Positions 17,364 to 27,753 of a DNA stretch of 64,000 nt are shown piece after piece. The notes below the pieces were generated by a model, which worked only from the letters and a program-made list of their open reading frames with translations, had not been told where the DNA came from and made no database searches. The DNA lies in the IMG/VR virus record IMGVR_UViG_3300009370_002257, positions 16,477 through 80,476 of that record. One strand, given 5' to 3'. The first letter of the stretch is position 1. Each line of letters begins with the position of its first letter. The DNA comes from a virus. Lineage: Duplodnaviria; Caudoviricetes. Position numbers and translations under genes: made by a program.

Positions 17364-18169
17364 AAATCTCCATAGCCATGACTTACTACAACAGGAAGGA
17401 GCAGCTTCTTAGAACTCTAAAAAGCATCTCCTTTTTTAAAGAGAGCCTGCACGAAATAGTTATTGTTGACGACGCCTCGGAGGAGGCTATGAAAATAGAC
17501 TTCTTGGATCAGTTTGATTTCAAAATAAGACTGATCGAAATAAAACCCCAAGAAAAAACATACGCCAACGCATGCATGCCCTTCAACAAGGCCCTTAGGG
17601 CATGCGAGGGTGACGCGATAATCATACAGAACTCTGAATGTTATCATGGCGCAGATGTTCTAGCGTACGTAAAAGACCACTTAAAAGCAAATAAATATTT
17701 ATCCTTCGCCTGCTACTCCCTAGGCACGATCGAAACACACAACCTCCCAGACTTCTCTCAGAAAAGTAAAGAAGAATTCTTGGAATTTAATCGAAGATTT
17801 CTTAGTAGCCTACCCCAAAGGACCTGTGACAGTTTTGGTGATGAAAACTCTTGGTACAATCACGCCCACCATAGGCCGTGCGATCTTCACTTTACCTCGG
17901 CAATCACAAGGGAGGACCTAGAAGACTTGAATTACTTTGACGAAAGGTATGCTCCTTGCGTTGCGTTTGACGACAATGAATTCATAGCCAGAATAAGACG
18001 AAAAAATATGGACATAGAGCGGGTAAGCCCCAATCCACTCAATCCAAACCCAGTTCCATGGACTTTTCACCAAAAACACCACTCCACAAATTACTTCAGG
18101 GGGCACAGCTGCGAAGAGCTTTACCTAAATACAACGCTAAAAGAGACGGGGTGGAGAGTAAATGAATAA
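17360..18169 (+). CDS. GT2 glycosyltransferase
   Basis: AMTYYNR, IVIVDDAS, FDERYA..FDDNEF. Confidence 0.8.
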   Translation: MKISIAMTYYNRKEQLLRTLKSISFFKESLHEIVIVDDASEEAMKIDFLDQFDFKIRLIEIKPQEKTYANACMPFNKALRACEGDAIIIQNSECYHGADVLAYVKDHLKANKYLSFACYSLGTIETHNLPDFSQKSKEEFLEFNRRFLSSLPQRTCDSFGDENSWYNHAHHRPCDLHFTSAITREDLEDLNYFDERYAPCVAFDDNEFIARIRRKNMDIERVSPNPLNPNPVPWTFHQKHHSTNYFRGHSCEELYLNTTLKETGWRVNE

Positions 18170-19244
18170 AACCATAGTGACAGTGACAGGCATTAGGCCG
18201 GACTTCATTAGAATGTCTAAAATTTTTAAAGCTTTAGATAAAAATTTTAATCACATATTGATCCATACCGGCCAACACTATGATGACCTTTTGTCTGGGG
18301 TTTTTTTTAAAAATTTAAAAATAAGAAAGCCAGATTATAACCTCAGCATAGGCAGTAAATCTGGAGAACATTTTCATCAGACGAGTAGGCTTTCTGTGAG
18401 ATTAATTGAGTTATTAAGAGATAGAAAAATGAAGCCCGATATGATTTTATTTCTAGGGGACTCCAACTCAGTTGCCGTTGCCGTAGATCTTAAAAAAGAA
18501 GGGTACACTATTGGCCACATCGAAGCAGGCATGAGGTCAGGTGATAAAAGAATGCTAGAGGAAATCAACAGGACAGTTTGCGATCACTGCTCGGACTACC
18601 ACTTCGTTTACCACTCCAATTATAAAGACAAGCTCACAAAAGAAAACCTTCCCGCGCAAAACATATATATCGTAGGCAATACAATAGTTGAGGTATGCAA
18701 AGACATCGAACTACCTAAAGATAAAAGTGAAGGCTCTATCCTCTTAGATATCCATAGACCAGAAAATTTTAAATACCCAGAGAGACTTAAAAATATTATT
18801 ATTTATGCAAATTTATGCGCAAAGAAATACAGCTTACCAATAAAAATGTTAAACTTCAAAAGAACAATTGACAGCATCAAAGGGGGCGATATAGACCTAG
18901 GAAAAATAGAAACCGTAGACCTAATGTCTTATAAAGACTTTGTATTAGAGCAATATAATTCCTTATTTATTATATCAGACTCGGGGACAGCACAAGAAGA
19001 GCCGGCGTTGCTTAAAACCCCAGTCATTGTTCCTAGAGACTATACAGAAAGGCCTGAATCAGTGGCGAATAGCTGCTCTTTTATGTTAGACGTAAACACA
19101 AAACCGTCAAAGTTTCAACCAAACAACGCAAGCTGGGACAAGAGCCTTGCTTGGGTAAACTCTCGACCCTCTATGAGAAAAGCTTGGCTAGGAAACGGGA
19201 AAACCTCAGAAAGAATAGTAACCGCAATTAAAAAAATATTATGA
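18162..19244 (+). CDS. wecB: UDP-N-acetylglucosamine 2-epimerase
   Basis: GIRPDF, HTGQHYD, GDSNS, HIEAGMRS, EEINR, SDSGTAQEE. Confidence 0.9.
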   Translation: MNKTIVTVTGIRPDFIRMSKIFKALDKNFNHILIHTGQHYDDLLSGVFFKNLKIRKPDYNLSIGSKSGEHFHQTSRLSVRLIELLRDRKMKPDMILFLGDSNSVAVAVDLKKEGYTIGHIEAGMRSGDKRMLEEINRTVCDHCSDYHFVYHSNYKDKLTKENLPAQNIYIVGNTIVEVCKDIELPKDKSEGSILLDIHRPENFKYPERLKNIIIYANLCAKKYSLPIKMLNFKRTIDSIKGGDIDLGKIETVDLMSYKDFVLEQYNSLFIISDSGTAQEEPALLKTPVIVPRDYTERPESVANSCSFMLDVNTKPSKFQPNNASWDKSLAWVNSRPSMRKAWLGNGKTSERIVTAIKKIL

Positions 19245-20032
19245 AGATAGTAGGATTTACTCAACTCAGGAACGAGATAAAGAAGGGAAACCTAGAGAAC
19301 TGGTTTAAATGCATGCAGTCCGTATGTGACTACATTTATATTTACGACCAAGACTCCACGGACGGAAGCAAAGAATATTACAAAAAATTTGACAACGTTC
19401 ACGTAATAGAGTCTCCCATTAATGATTTTGGTGCAGAAATTAGATGTAAGAAAAGACTTTTAGAGAAGCTCCTCGAAGATCACCCCGATACAGATTGGAT
19501 ATTCTGGATGGACGGGGACACCATACTAGAAAAAAAAGCGTTAGATAAAGAAAGGTGGGTGAAAATAATAAACGGCGCAGAAAAACAAGGGGCTGAAATA
19601 ATTTCCCTCGGTCACTACAATCTTTGGAGAAGCGATACTCATTACAGAATAGATAACGGTTTCCATGGACTCCATAAGTGGGGTGTTTCAGCCATGTGGA
19701 AAAACTTAGGAAACCTTCATTTTGAGGATGAAGAAGGACTGCACAAAGACCAATTCCCCAAGCCCTTAAGCTTAGCCAACGTCGCAAGATCGCCGTATAG
19801 CCTGATCCATAGAGGGTTCGCGACAGACCAGCAAATCATAGATAAATATATAAGATACAGGGATAGGGGGCAAACTGGGTGGGAACTATTCAGGCTCATA
19901 GATGAATCAACCCTGACCACGATCAATACTATTGGGGACGGGAAAATCATGGAAGATTTATTACCAGACTGGCTAGAACTGACTAACGCTGGAGACCCAA
20001 GCTCGAAAGAAAAAATAAAATTTTTAATTTAA
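19241..20032 (+). CDS. GT2-like glycosyltransferase
   Basis: YDQDSTDGS and WIFWMDGD (DxD). Confidence 0.7.
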   Translation: MKIVGFTQLRNEIKKGNLENWFKCMQSVCDYIYIYDQDSTDGSKEYYKKFDNVHVIESPINDFGAEIRCKKRLLEKLLEDHPDTDWIFWMDGDTILEKKALDKERWVKIINGAEKQGAEIISLGHYNLWRSDTHYRIDNGFHGLHKWGVSAMWKNLGNLHFEDEEGLHKDQFPKPLSLANVARSPYSLIHRGFATDQQIIDKYIRYRDRGQTGWELFRLIDESTLTTINTIGDGKIMEDLLPDWLELTNAGDPSSKEKIKFLI

Positions 20033-20041
20033 AATCTCGGC

Positions 20042-20722
20042 ATGCAAACATTTGGGGAGATAAATAAGAAGAGGTGGGACAGAGACCACGAAAACTTAAA
20101 CGGAGCAACCTATAGTAATGACGAGGAACTATACGAGGCCGTTCGAGAGCAGAACTCTTACGTAACAATTGGCTCCTTTGGAGAGCTAGATCCTTATCAT
20201 AATTTCGGGACAGTCTTCGACAGCCATCTAATCACCAACAAAACCATACTAGATATCGGGGTCGGTCGTGGTAGACTTCTAGAACACTTCAAGGGGCTAG
20301 GGAATAGAACCATCGGTTGCGATGTTTCAGAAGTAGCAATAAATTTAGCAAGCGAAAACTGTGATGAAGTATACCTCTCCGAAAATCTATCTTCAATTGA
20401 ACCTGTAGATCTTGCTGTCTGCCACTTAGTCATGCAGCACAACCACGAGGCAGAAGTTTTCAGAATCCTAAACGAGGTTCAACTCAAGACTGATGGAATA
20501 CTTACGTTTCAATTTGCGTCGTTGGTGCCCGAAGAGCCTCAACTTTCCCCTCTAACTATAGAGGGCATAAATAAATCAATGCTATATTTTTATTCTGCAT
20601 CCAAGATGAAGTCTTTGGTAGAGGAAAGCAGTAAAGAGGTCAGCGAGGAAGCCGGTCCGTGGTGGTTTGGTGAACCTTTTAATTTTGAATGGCATATCCT
20701 TAGGGTAAAAAATGAAAATTAA
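20042..20722 (+). CDS. Class I SAM-dependent methyltransferase
   Basis: ILDIGVGRG, GCDVS, LVMQH. Confidence 0.8.
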   Translation: MQTFGEINKKRWDRDHENLNGATYSNDEELYEAVREQNSYVTIGSFGELDPYHNFGTVFDSHLITNKTILDIGVGRGRLLEHFKGLGNRTIGCDVSEVAINLASENCDEVYLSENLSSIEPVDLAVCHLVMQHNHEAEVFRILNEVQLKTDGILTFQFASLVPEEPQLSPLTIEGINKSMLYFYSASKMKSLVEESSKEVSEEAGPWWFGEPFNFEWHILRVKNEN

Positions 20723-21560
20723 TATAGTAACAGTTAACTCTGGATGGATATTGCAAAAAATTTCCGAACGAATAGCAATCGCTAACCCAGACGTATTCCA
20801 AATTTCTTCCAGACCTATCAGTGATGCAGACGCAAACTTCTACATAGACGTGCTTAATTGTTATAGAGGTAAGAGCCCAATTTTTGACATAGGATTCTTT
20901 ACCCACCTGCATGAAGACTCCACCAACTCCATGCAAAACCATTGGCTATCTTTAGATCACATCGTACATATGTGTACAAGATATAAAAAAGCGTTTCAGC
21001 AATTTTACCCAGCTGAAAAAATGTCCGTACTGTATCCCGGCGAAGTGGGTGAACAGTTTCCCATCAAGAAGCCGTTAATTGGAGTCTTCCAGAGAGGGTT
21101 CCACGAAGGGAAGGGTTTCGATTTTATGAAATCGATGGCCCAATATGACATTCTGAAAAATTTTAAATTCCTATTCGTGGGGAGCGATTGGGAAGAGGTT
21201 TCAGACATTTTTAACAGCAATTCGATAGAAACAAAGTGCCACGAGAATGAAGATTACTCGACATACCCAAGTTTATATGGCAAGGTAGACTACCTTTTGA
21301 TACCATCTTTATGGGAGGGCGGACCCATGTCTTTAATCGAGGCTTACGCCACAGGGACACCGATCATAAGCGCAGATGTCGGATGGATCAACTCAGACTT
21401 CGAAGCAGACTATTTATACGAAGCGGGGAACGGGCAGCAATTAAGTGAAACTCTTGAAAAAATTTATGAACCGATTTATAATAGAAGGCAAAGGGTTGCT
21501 TGGATAAACTATAAAACCTATGGAAATAAAATAATAGAAATTGTGAAAGGTTCAAAATGA
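20712..21560 (+). CDS. GT4 glycosyltransferase
   Basis: KG...LLIPSLWEGGPMSLIEA..GTPIISADVG. Confidence 0.85.
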   Translation: MKINIVTVNSGWILQKISERIAIANPDVFQISSRPISDADANFYIDVLNCYRGKSPIFDIGFFTHLHEDSTNSMQNHWLSLDHIVHMCTRYKKAFQQFYPAEKMSVLYPGEVGEQFPIKKPLIGVFQRGFHEGKGFDFMKSMAQYDILKNFKFLFVGSDWEEVSDIFNSNSIETKCHENEDYSTYPSLYGKVDYLLIPSLWEGGPMSLIEAYATGTPIISADVGWINSDFEADYLYEAGNGQQLSETLEKIYEPIYNRRQRVAWINYKTYGNKIIEIVKGSK

Positions 21561-22015
21561 ATTTACATCTAGGATGTGGAAATAATTATAAAGAGGGTTG
21601 GGTAAACGTAGACATGGGTGATTGCCGCGTGGACGTAGAACATAACCTAGAGGTGCTTCCTTGGCCATTCGAGAATAATAGCGCAGAGTATGTATTAATG
21701 AATCACGTGCTCGAACATATAGATAAAAATAAATTTATAGATTTTGTTAGAGAGCTTTATAGGGTTTGTTCTAACGGCTCGAAGATAGAAATTACTTCGC
21801 CCTATGCTGGGTCAGACAATTTCTGGACAGACCCAACCCATAAAATGCCACTCACCACCAGAACCTTCGACTACTTCGACAGGGATAAGCCTCTAGGAGA
21901 GAACGGAAAAATTTATGGATGGCACGATATAAACTTCTCCGTTGTTCAAGCTGCCCCAATAGACAATCCGCCTAACGGACCAGACGTACGATACCTACTG
22001 AAAGCTATTAAATAA
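21557..22015 (+). CDS. SAM-dependent methyltransferase (type 11-like)
   Basis: LHLGCG, LPWPF, HVLEH, DPTH. Confidence 0.8.
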   Translation: MNLHLGCGNNYKEGWVNVDMGDCRVDVEHNLEVLPWPFENNSAEYVLMNHVLEHIDKNKFIDFVRELYRVCSNGSKIEITSPYAGSDNFWTDPTHKMPLTTRTFDYFDRDKPLGENGKIYGWHDINFSVVQAAPIDNPPNGPDVRYLLKAIK

Positions 22016-22815
22016 TGTTTACATATTATACAATAATTGGCAAAGACTTATCCCTTCTCAAGGGGCATGTCGAAAATATAAAAGAGTACGCAGCTTTTGA
22101 TCGACTCCCGTGCGAGAAAGAATTTTTAGTTATTGTATATAAAAATAAAAAAATTCCAGAACAGACAACTTCTGAAATCCTAGATTACTGCGACTCTCAG
22201 AACTTAAGAACCCATATCTATGAAGAGCCTACGGATTCTTTCCTTCATAATTTATACGCTTGTTGGAACTTGGGTTATAGCGAAGCCAAAGACGGCTGGG
22301 TATTCAGGGGGGGATCAGATCAAGTTTTCTCCAGAGATAGCTTTTTACATTTATATGAACAAGCCGGCAAGATTGACGAGAAAACAATCCTGCAAGCTAA
22401 TACAATAGAAAACGCCCACAAACTTACACAACTCGGGGTGTCAAATAGCAGGCATTTTACGGAAGAATTCGGAAACGATTTTGAGACCTTTAGTTATGAA
22501 AAATTCGAGCGTTTTTGTGACCAAATAAATAAAGATGTAAATGAAAAATTACTAGACATCAAGGCTTCCTTGAATTACTGGGGTCACCCTACAGAGTTTC
22601 GCTCCTCCCTAGGGGTTATAGATAGGACCGACGGTTGCTCTTGGTTGATGTCTAAAAAGCATTTTGAATCTTATGGTCCCATGCCCCCGATAGAAAGAGG
22701 GGTGACCGGCGATGTAATAATTCATGACAGATTTCAATCGGTCGGGTTTAAAAATTTTATAGCACGAGATTGTATAACTTACCACTTCGTGCAGGGAGAA
22801 AGCTCACAAGCATGA
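22015..22815 (+). CDS. GT-A-like protein
   Basis: ACWNLG, VFRGGSDQ, GDV and YHF pattern; cluster context. Confidence 0.5.
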   Translation: MFTYYTIIGKDLSLLKGHVENIKEYAAFDRLPCEKEFLVIVYKNKKIPEQTTSEILDYCDSQNLRTHIYEEPTDSFLHNLYACWNLGYSEAKDGWVFRGGSDQVFSRDSFLHLYEQAGKIDEKTILQANTIENAHKLTQLGVSNSRHFTEEFGNDFETFSYEKFERFCDQINKDVNEKLLDIKASLNYWGHPTEFRSSLGVIDRTDGCSWLMSKKHFESYGPMPPIERGVTGDVIIHDRFQSVGFKNFIARDCITYHFVQGESSQA

Positions 22816-23603
22816 AGATAGGTATTATAGGGTTAGGGGTAGTTGGCTCTGCCTGTGAATATGGTTTCAAAAAATTAGGGCACGAGGTATTGCCTCATGA
22901 CTTAAGACTAGAAACATCCATTGATGACGTGCTGCCTTCGTCTATTTGTTATATTTGTGTCCCCACCCCACAGAAAGAAGACGGGTCTTGTGATGTGTCT
23001 ATAGTTGAAGGAGTCGTGGGCGAGCTTAAAGATAAAAAATACAAAGGCATCGTAGCAATAAAATCTACAGTAAAGCCGGGATCGACAGACAGGTTCGCGG
23101 GAGACACGGGGCTAAACCTCTGCTTCGTCCCTGAGTTTTTAAGGGAGAGGTCTGCCTCTAGCGACTTTGTAGAGAATCATGACTTATTAGCTATAGGCAC
23201 ACACAGTCAAGACAATTTTGATTTAATAAAAGAATCTCACGGAAATTACCCACAAAATATTGTGATGCTAAAACCCGTAGAGGCAGAGATATTAAAATAT
23301 TACTCTAACGTTTTCAATGCTCTTAGGATTATTTTTGCTAATGAATTTTATGAAGTTTGCGAGGCTCTGGGGGCGGATTACACCAAAATGAAAGACGCTT
23401 TCATTCTCAGGAAGACTACAACGGATATGTATTTAGATGTTAATAATAATTTCAGGGGGTACGGTGGGGTCTGCCTTCCCAAAGATACCGCAGCCATGGC
23501 GGCTCTAGTTAAAGAGTTAGGATTAAACATGGATTTATTTAAAGCCATAGAAGAGGAAAACAAAAAGTTTAAAACAACCGTGTTCGAAGGAATGAGAGAA
23601 TAA
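22812..23603 (+). CDS. UDP-glucose/GDP-mannose 6-dehydrogenase family protein, short form
   Basis: IGLGVVG, ICVPTP, KSTVKPG, PEFLRE, YGGVCLPKD; start at ATG 22812. Confidence 0.85.
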   Translation: MKIGIIGLGVVGSACEYGFKKLGHEVLPHDLRLETSIDDVLPSSICYICVPTPQKEDGSCDVSIVEGVVGELKDKKYKGIVAIKSTVKPGSTDRFAGDTGLNLCFVPEFLRERSASSDFVENHDLLAIGTHSQDNFDLIKESHGNYPQNIVMLKPVEAEILKYYSNVFNALRIIFANEFYEVCEALGADYTKMKDAFILRKTTTDMYLDVNNNFRGYGGVCLPKDTAAMAALVKELGLNMDLFKAIEEENKKFKTTVFEGMRE

Positions 23604-23604
23604 T

Positions 23605-24255
23605 ATGAAATGCATAATCGAAGTTGGCCTCAGTATTGGTGATGATTTCAGCCTTTACGTCACAGACCCTAGCGCGGACTATGTTTTTGGTTTCGAGCCG
23701 GTGCCCCATCTCGCAAAACATGTACGCAATAGGTGTGCGTCAGTTCCAACCACAACCCCCTACGAAGTTATACAAAAAGCTGTAGACATAGACGATAACC
23801 CGAAAACATTTTACCCTGCAACCACAGACTACCTTGATATGGAAGGGGTCGCGGGGAGAGGGTGGATGAACGGGGCGGGCTCTTTGCTAAAAATGGAAGA
23901 CCATCTATCCCAAACTTGGCCGAACCGACCCGATCTTAAACAGATAGATTCTGACGCGATAGAGGTGGAGTGCACTAGACTAGACACCTTCATCAAGGAG
24001 AGGGGCGTTGATGAAATTCAAATGCTAGAGATAGACGCTCAGGGTAAAGATTTAGATGTTCTTAAAAGCTTGGGCGACTATATTTCTATAGTCAAAAACG
24101 GCAAGATCGAGGTGCCAGAAACCCCCGAGGTTGCACTATATAAAGACAACCACAATAAAGAAGAAACCCTACACTTTTTATTGGATCACGGTTTTTCCGT
24201 AGAGCAGGAGAACGTTAATCTTCAGAATGAAGAAAATTTTATATTTTATAAATAA
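23605..24255 (+). CDS. FkbM-family methyltransferase
   Basis: IEVG, FEPVP, TRLDTF, LEIDAQGKDLDVL. Confidence 0.75.
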   Translation: MKCIIEVGLSIGDDFSLYVTDPSADYVFGFEPVPHLAKHVRNRCASVPTTTPYEVIQKAVDIDDNPKTFYPATTDYLDMEGVAGRGWMNGAGSLLKMEDHLSQTWPNRPDLKQIDSDAIEVECTRLDTFIKERGVDEIQMLEIDAQGKDLDVLKSLGDYISIVKNGKIEVPETPEVALYKDNHNKEETLHFLLDHGFSVEQENVNLQNEENFIFYK

Positions 24256-24260
24256 AGTTC

Positions 24261-25280
24261 ATGAAAGTATTAGTAACAGGATCACAAGGATTTATTGGCA
24301 GCTATTTATGCAGCGAGCTACTAAGCTCGGGATATGAGGTTGTTGGGGTAGATAACTACTCTAAGTATGGGGCTCTCGTTCGGCCTCACGACGCTTCCCC
24401 GAACTTTACCCTAATAAAGACAGAGAATGATATACTTCGGTGGGACCCCAAAAACAGGCAACCGCACCCAGACATAAAGGACGTAGACTTTATAGTGGCA
24501 GGGGCCGCTATGATTGGTGGTATTAGTTATTTTCACAAATATGCCTACGATCTACTAGCAACGAACGAGAGAATTCTAGCGAATACCTTTGATTTAGCCA
24601 TCAGGCTGAGGCAGGAGTACGACCTTAAAAGAATTATTGTTTTGTCTAGTAGTATGGTTTTCGAGAATACAGACACTTACCCAACCCCAGAATCAGACAT
24701 ATACAAATCCCCTCCCCCATCCTCAACATATGGCTTCCAGAAACTAGCTTCGGAATTTTTTGCTAAAGGCGCTTGGGAACAATATAGGCTACCCTACTCT
24801 ATAGTTAGGCCGTTCAACTGCGTTGGCGTGGGCGAGGAGAAGGCTCTCGGAGAACACGAAGTAACAAGCGGCAACATTAAGTTAATGATGTCGCACGTCT
24901 TACCGGATTTAATAAATAAAGTATTAATGGGGCAAGACCCACTCCACATACTAGGAGAAGGAAACCAAGTGAGGTGTTATACGAATGGCAAAGACATAGC
25001 GAGAGGAATTAAAACAGTTATGGAAAGCGACAGGGCTATTAATCAAGATTTTAACATCTCAACGGCAGAAGGGACAACAGTCCTTGAGCTAGCTAAAATT
25101 GTTTGGGAAAAAATTAATGGGCCTCGCCCATTCCGATATGAAAGTGATGAGCCATTCTCCTACGACGTACAAAGGAGAATCCCTGACGTAACAAAGGCTA
25201 AAGAATTACTAGGTTTTGAGGCGGAAGTTTCTTTGGAAGAGTCAGTTAGCGAGGTGATAGAGTATATGAAGAATGATTAA
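24261..25280 (+). CDS. NAD-dependent sugar epimerase/decarboxylase (extended SDR)
   Basis: TGSQGFIG, SSSMV, YGFQK (YxxxK), RPFN, DVQRRIPD. Confidence 0.85.
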   Translation: MKVLVTGSQGFIGSYLCSELLSSGYEVVGVDNYSKYGALVRPHDASPNFTLIKTENDILRWDPKNRQPHPDIKDVDFIVAGAAMIGGISYFHKYAYDLLATNERILANTFDLAIRLRQEYDLKRIIVLSSSMVFENTDTYPTPESDIYKSPPPSSTYGFQKLASEFFAKGAWEQYRLPYSIVRPFNCVGVGEEKALGEHEVTSGNIKLMMSHVLPDLINKVLMGQDPLHILGEGNQVRCYTNGKDIARGIKTVMESDRAINQDFNISTAEGTTVLELAKIVWEKINGPRPFRYESDEPFSYDVQRRIPDVTKAKELLGFEAEVSLEESVSEVIEYMKND

Positions 25281-26643
25281 ATTAATTATATTTGATCTAG
25301 ACGGAGTCCTCGTGGACGCAAGAGAGCTTCACTACGAAGCTCTTAATGATGCGCTAGCGGAGGTCGGGGAAGAGTACGTGATCAACAGGGACGAACACCT
25401 TTCTACTTACGATGGTCTAGCTACGTCTAAAAAACTCAAAATGCTAACAGAAAAGAAGGGCCTCCCAGAAAAAGACCACCACTTAATCTGGAAACTCAAA
25501 CAAGAAATGACCTCTAAGGTTATCGATAGGTTCTCAATTGACGGAAGATTACAGAATATTCTTAAAAGGCTAAAGGCAGAGGGCTATACGATAGCGTGCG
25601 CCACGAATTCTATTAGGGAAACAGCGAAGCTCCAACTGATTAGGCGTGGGTTTTTTGAATTCATAGATTATTTATATTCGCAAACAGACGTAAACAATAT
25701 AAAACCAAACACCGAGGTTTACCTAAGATGTATGCTTAAAGCGGGGTGCGATCCAGTCCAAACTGTCATTGTAGAGGATTCCCACATAGGCAGAAAAGCC
25801 GCATTAAATTCTGGCGCACATCTATGCCCTGTGATAAATTCCTTAGATCTTACTTACGAAAAAGTAAAAGACACCATAGGCAAGGCAGAACAAAAAAGCA
25901 AAATTAAACCCAAGTGGCAAGGCGGAAAAATGAAAGTACTAATACCAATGGCGGGTGCGGGCAGCAGGTTTGAACAGGCCGGCTATACATTTCCCAAACC
26001 CCTAATAGATGTTAACGGAAAACCGATGATCCAAGTCGTCGTTGAAAACATAAACGTAGACGCAGAGCATATATTTATCGTTCAAAAATCGCACTACGAA
26101 AAATTTAATCTCGAAGAAACCTTAAACCAAATCTCCCCGGGCTGTAAAATAGTACAGGTAGACGGAATGACCGAGGGCGCGGCGTGCACGACCCTGCTGG
26201 CTAGAGAATACATTAATAACGAAGAGCCGCTCCTGATGGCTAACTCGGACCAGTTCGTAGAGTGGGATAGTAACGAATTCATGTACTCAATGATGGCGGA
26301 TGAAATTGACGGGGGGATTTTGTCCTTTGAATCAACCCATCCCAAATGGAGTTACGCCAAACTAGCGGGGGACGGGTTCGTTACGGAGGTCGCAGAGAAA
26401 AAGCCTATAAGCAACGTAGCAACTGTTGGGATTTATTTTTGGAGCAAGGGCTCAGACTACGTAAAATATGCCGAGCAAATGATAGAAAAAAACATCAGAG
26501 TAAATAATGAGTTTTATGTTTGTCCAGTTTTCAACGAAGCTATCGAAGACAATAAAAAAATAAAGACCTTTCACATAGATAAAATGTGGGGCCTTGGTAC
26601 CCCTGAAGACTTGCAAAGATTTTTTAGCCATCATGACGACTGA
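25273..26643 (+). CDS. HAD phosphatase fused to a sugar-nucleotidyltransferase
   Basis: N-terminal FDLDGVL...KP...EDS; C-terminal IPMAGAGSRF..PKPLI, NSDQ, EKKPIS, GLGTPEDL. Confidence 0.85.
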   Translation: MIKLIIFDLDGVLVDARELHYEALNDALAEVGEEYVINRDEHLSTYDGLATSKKLKMLTEKKGLPEKDHHLIWKLKQEMTSKVIDRFSIDGRLQNILKRLKAEGYTIACATNSIRETAKLQLIRRGFFEFIDYLYSQTDVNNIKPNTEVYLRCMLKAGCDPVQTVIVEDSHIGRKAALNSGAHLCPVINSLDLTYEKVKDTIGKAEQKSKIKPKWQGGKMKVLIPMAGAGSRFEQAGYTFPKPLIDVNGKPMIQVVVENINVDAEHIFIVQKSHYEKFNLEETLNQISPGCKIVQVDGMTEGAACTTLLAREYINNEEPLLMANSDQFVEWDSNEFMYSMMADEIDGGILSFESTHPKWSYAKLAGDGFVTEVAEKKPISNVATVGIYFWSKGSDYVKYAEQMIEKNIRVNNEFYVCPVFNEAIEDNKKIKTFHIDKMWGLGTPEDLQRFFSHHDD

Positions 26644-27328
26644 AGAAATTAAACTCGGCATCGTTATAACGATGTATAACGAGCACGACACCGTGCGTCA
26701 GTCGATAGAGTCTATACGGAATCTGTGTTCCTCATGCGTTATCGTAGTGGCTCACTCAGACGACAATAAAGATACGGACGCGCTCACTTACATAAAAGAC
26801 AATACAGATTCTTATATTTTATTACCAAACATTGCCCCCGACCACGATAAATATACGCTACCGTCCGCTGCCATATGTAGAAATTACTCAGTCGGATTTC
26901 GGAAGCTGAGAGAGACTACTAACAATCTCGACGCAGTCATAGGGGCGACAGGCGACACACTCTTTTTTGATATTAATCAAATTAAACCTCACGTAGCCAC
27001 GCTAAGAGAGTCTGGTCTTGTCTTGCAGGCTGTGGGCCACGACTTTCATTCTAGCAACGCGGACCCAGCAAATGGGATAGAAGGGGGCAGGCTGCAAGGG
27101 CCCGACACAACCGACATAATGCCTCAATTTTTTGTATTTCGCGGAGACTTTTTTTATAACACCAATTTATTATTAGACATAAAAATAACAAACCCATTTA
27201 CTAGCGAGCAATGCTTGGGTGATAATATCATAGAAAATCTATCCCAAAAATTTCATACGTGCATCCGACGCTTGGGGGTGCATGCTTATGATTTTAGTGA
27301 TGGTATAACATTACAGTCATGCGGGTAA
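26633..27328 (+). CDS. GT2-like protein
   Basis: IVITMYNEHD, HSDD and TGD; start at ATG 26633. Confidence 0.55.
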   Translation: MTTEEIKLGIVITMYNEHDTVRQSIESIRNLCSSCVIVVAHSDDNKDTDALTYIKDNTDSYILLPNIAPDHDKYTLPSAAICRNYSVGFRKLRETTNNLDAVIGATGDTLFFDINQIKPHVATLRESGLVLQAVGHDFHSSNADPANGIEGGRLQGPDTTDIMPQFFVFRGDFFYNTNLLLDIKITNPFTSEQCLGDNIIENLSQKFHTCIRRLGVHAYDFSDGITLQSCG

Positions 27329-27753
27329 TATGCCATAGGGGAAACATTGACGGGCCAAACCCTTTATTAGAAAATGATCCTTCTCACATCAGACGGGCCT
27401 TAAATCTTGGTTTCGATGTAGAGGTAGACGTTTGGTCAATAAATGGAAACTACATACTGGGTCATGATTCCCCGACACATTTTGTGAAGGCGCTCTTTCT
27501 GAGAGGGGAGCGATTATGGTGTCATGCAAAAAATAAAGAAGCCCTAGAAAGGATGATTCGAGACGATAAAATCCATTGCTTTTGGCACGAGGAAGACGAC
27601 TATACTATAACATCTAATGGGCATGTTTGGGTTTTCCCCGGGAAACCCTTATTCAAAGGGGCGATCTGCGTTAAACCGGAGCAGGGGGTTGACGGGAACC
27701 TTGGGGAATGCTATGCTGTTTGCACAGACTATCCCCAGAAATATTTATCATGA
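27319..27753 (+). CDS. Small glycerophosphodiester phosphodiesterase-like protein
   Basis: ICHRG, EN, DVEVDVW, LGHD, WCHAKN, VCTDYP. Confidence 0.7.
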   Translation: MRVICHRGNIDGPNPLLENDPSHIRRALNLGFDVEVDVWSINGNYILGHDSPTHFVKALFLRGERLWCHAKNKEALERMIRDDKIHCFWHEEDDYTITSNGHVWVFPGKPLFKGAICVKPEQGVDGNLGECYAVCTDYPQKYLS

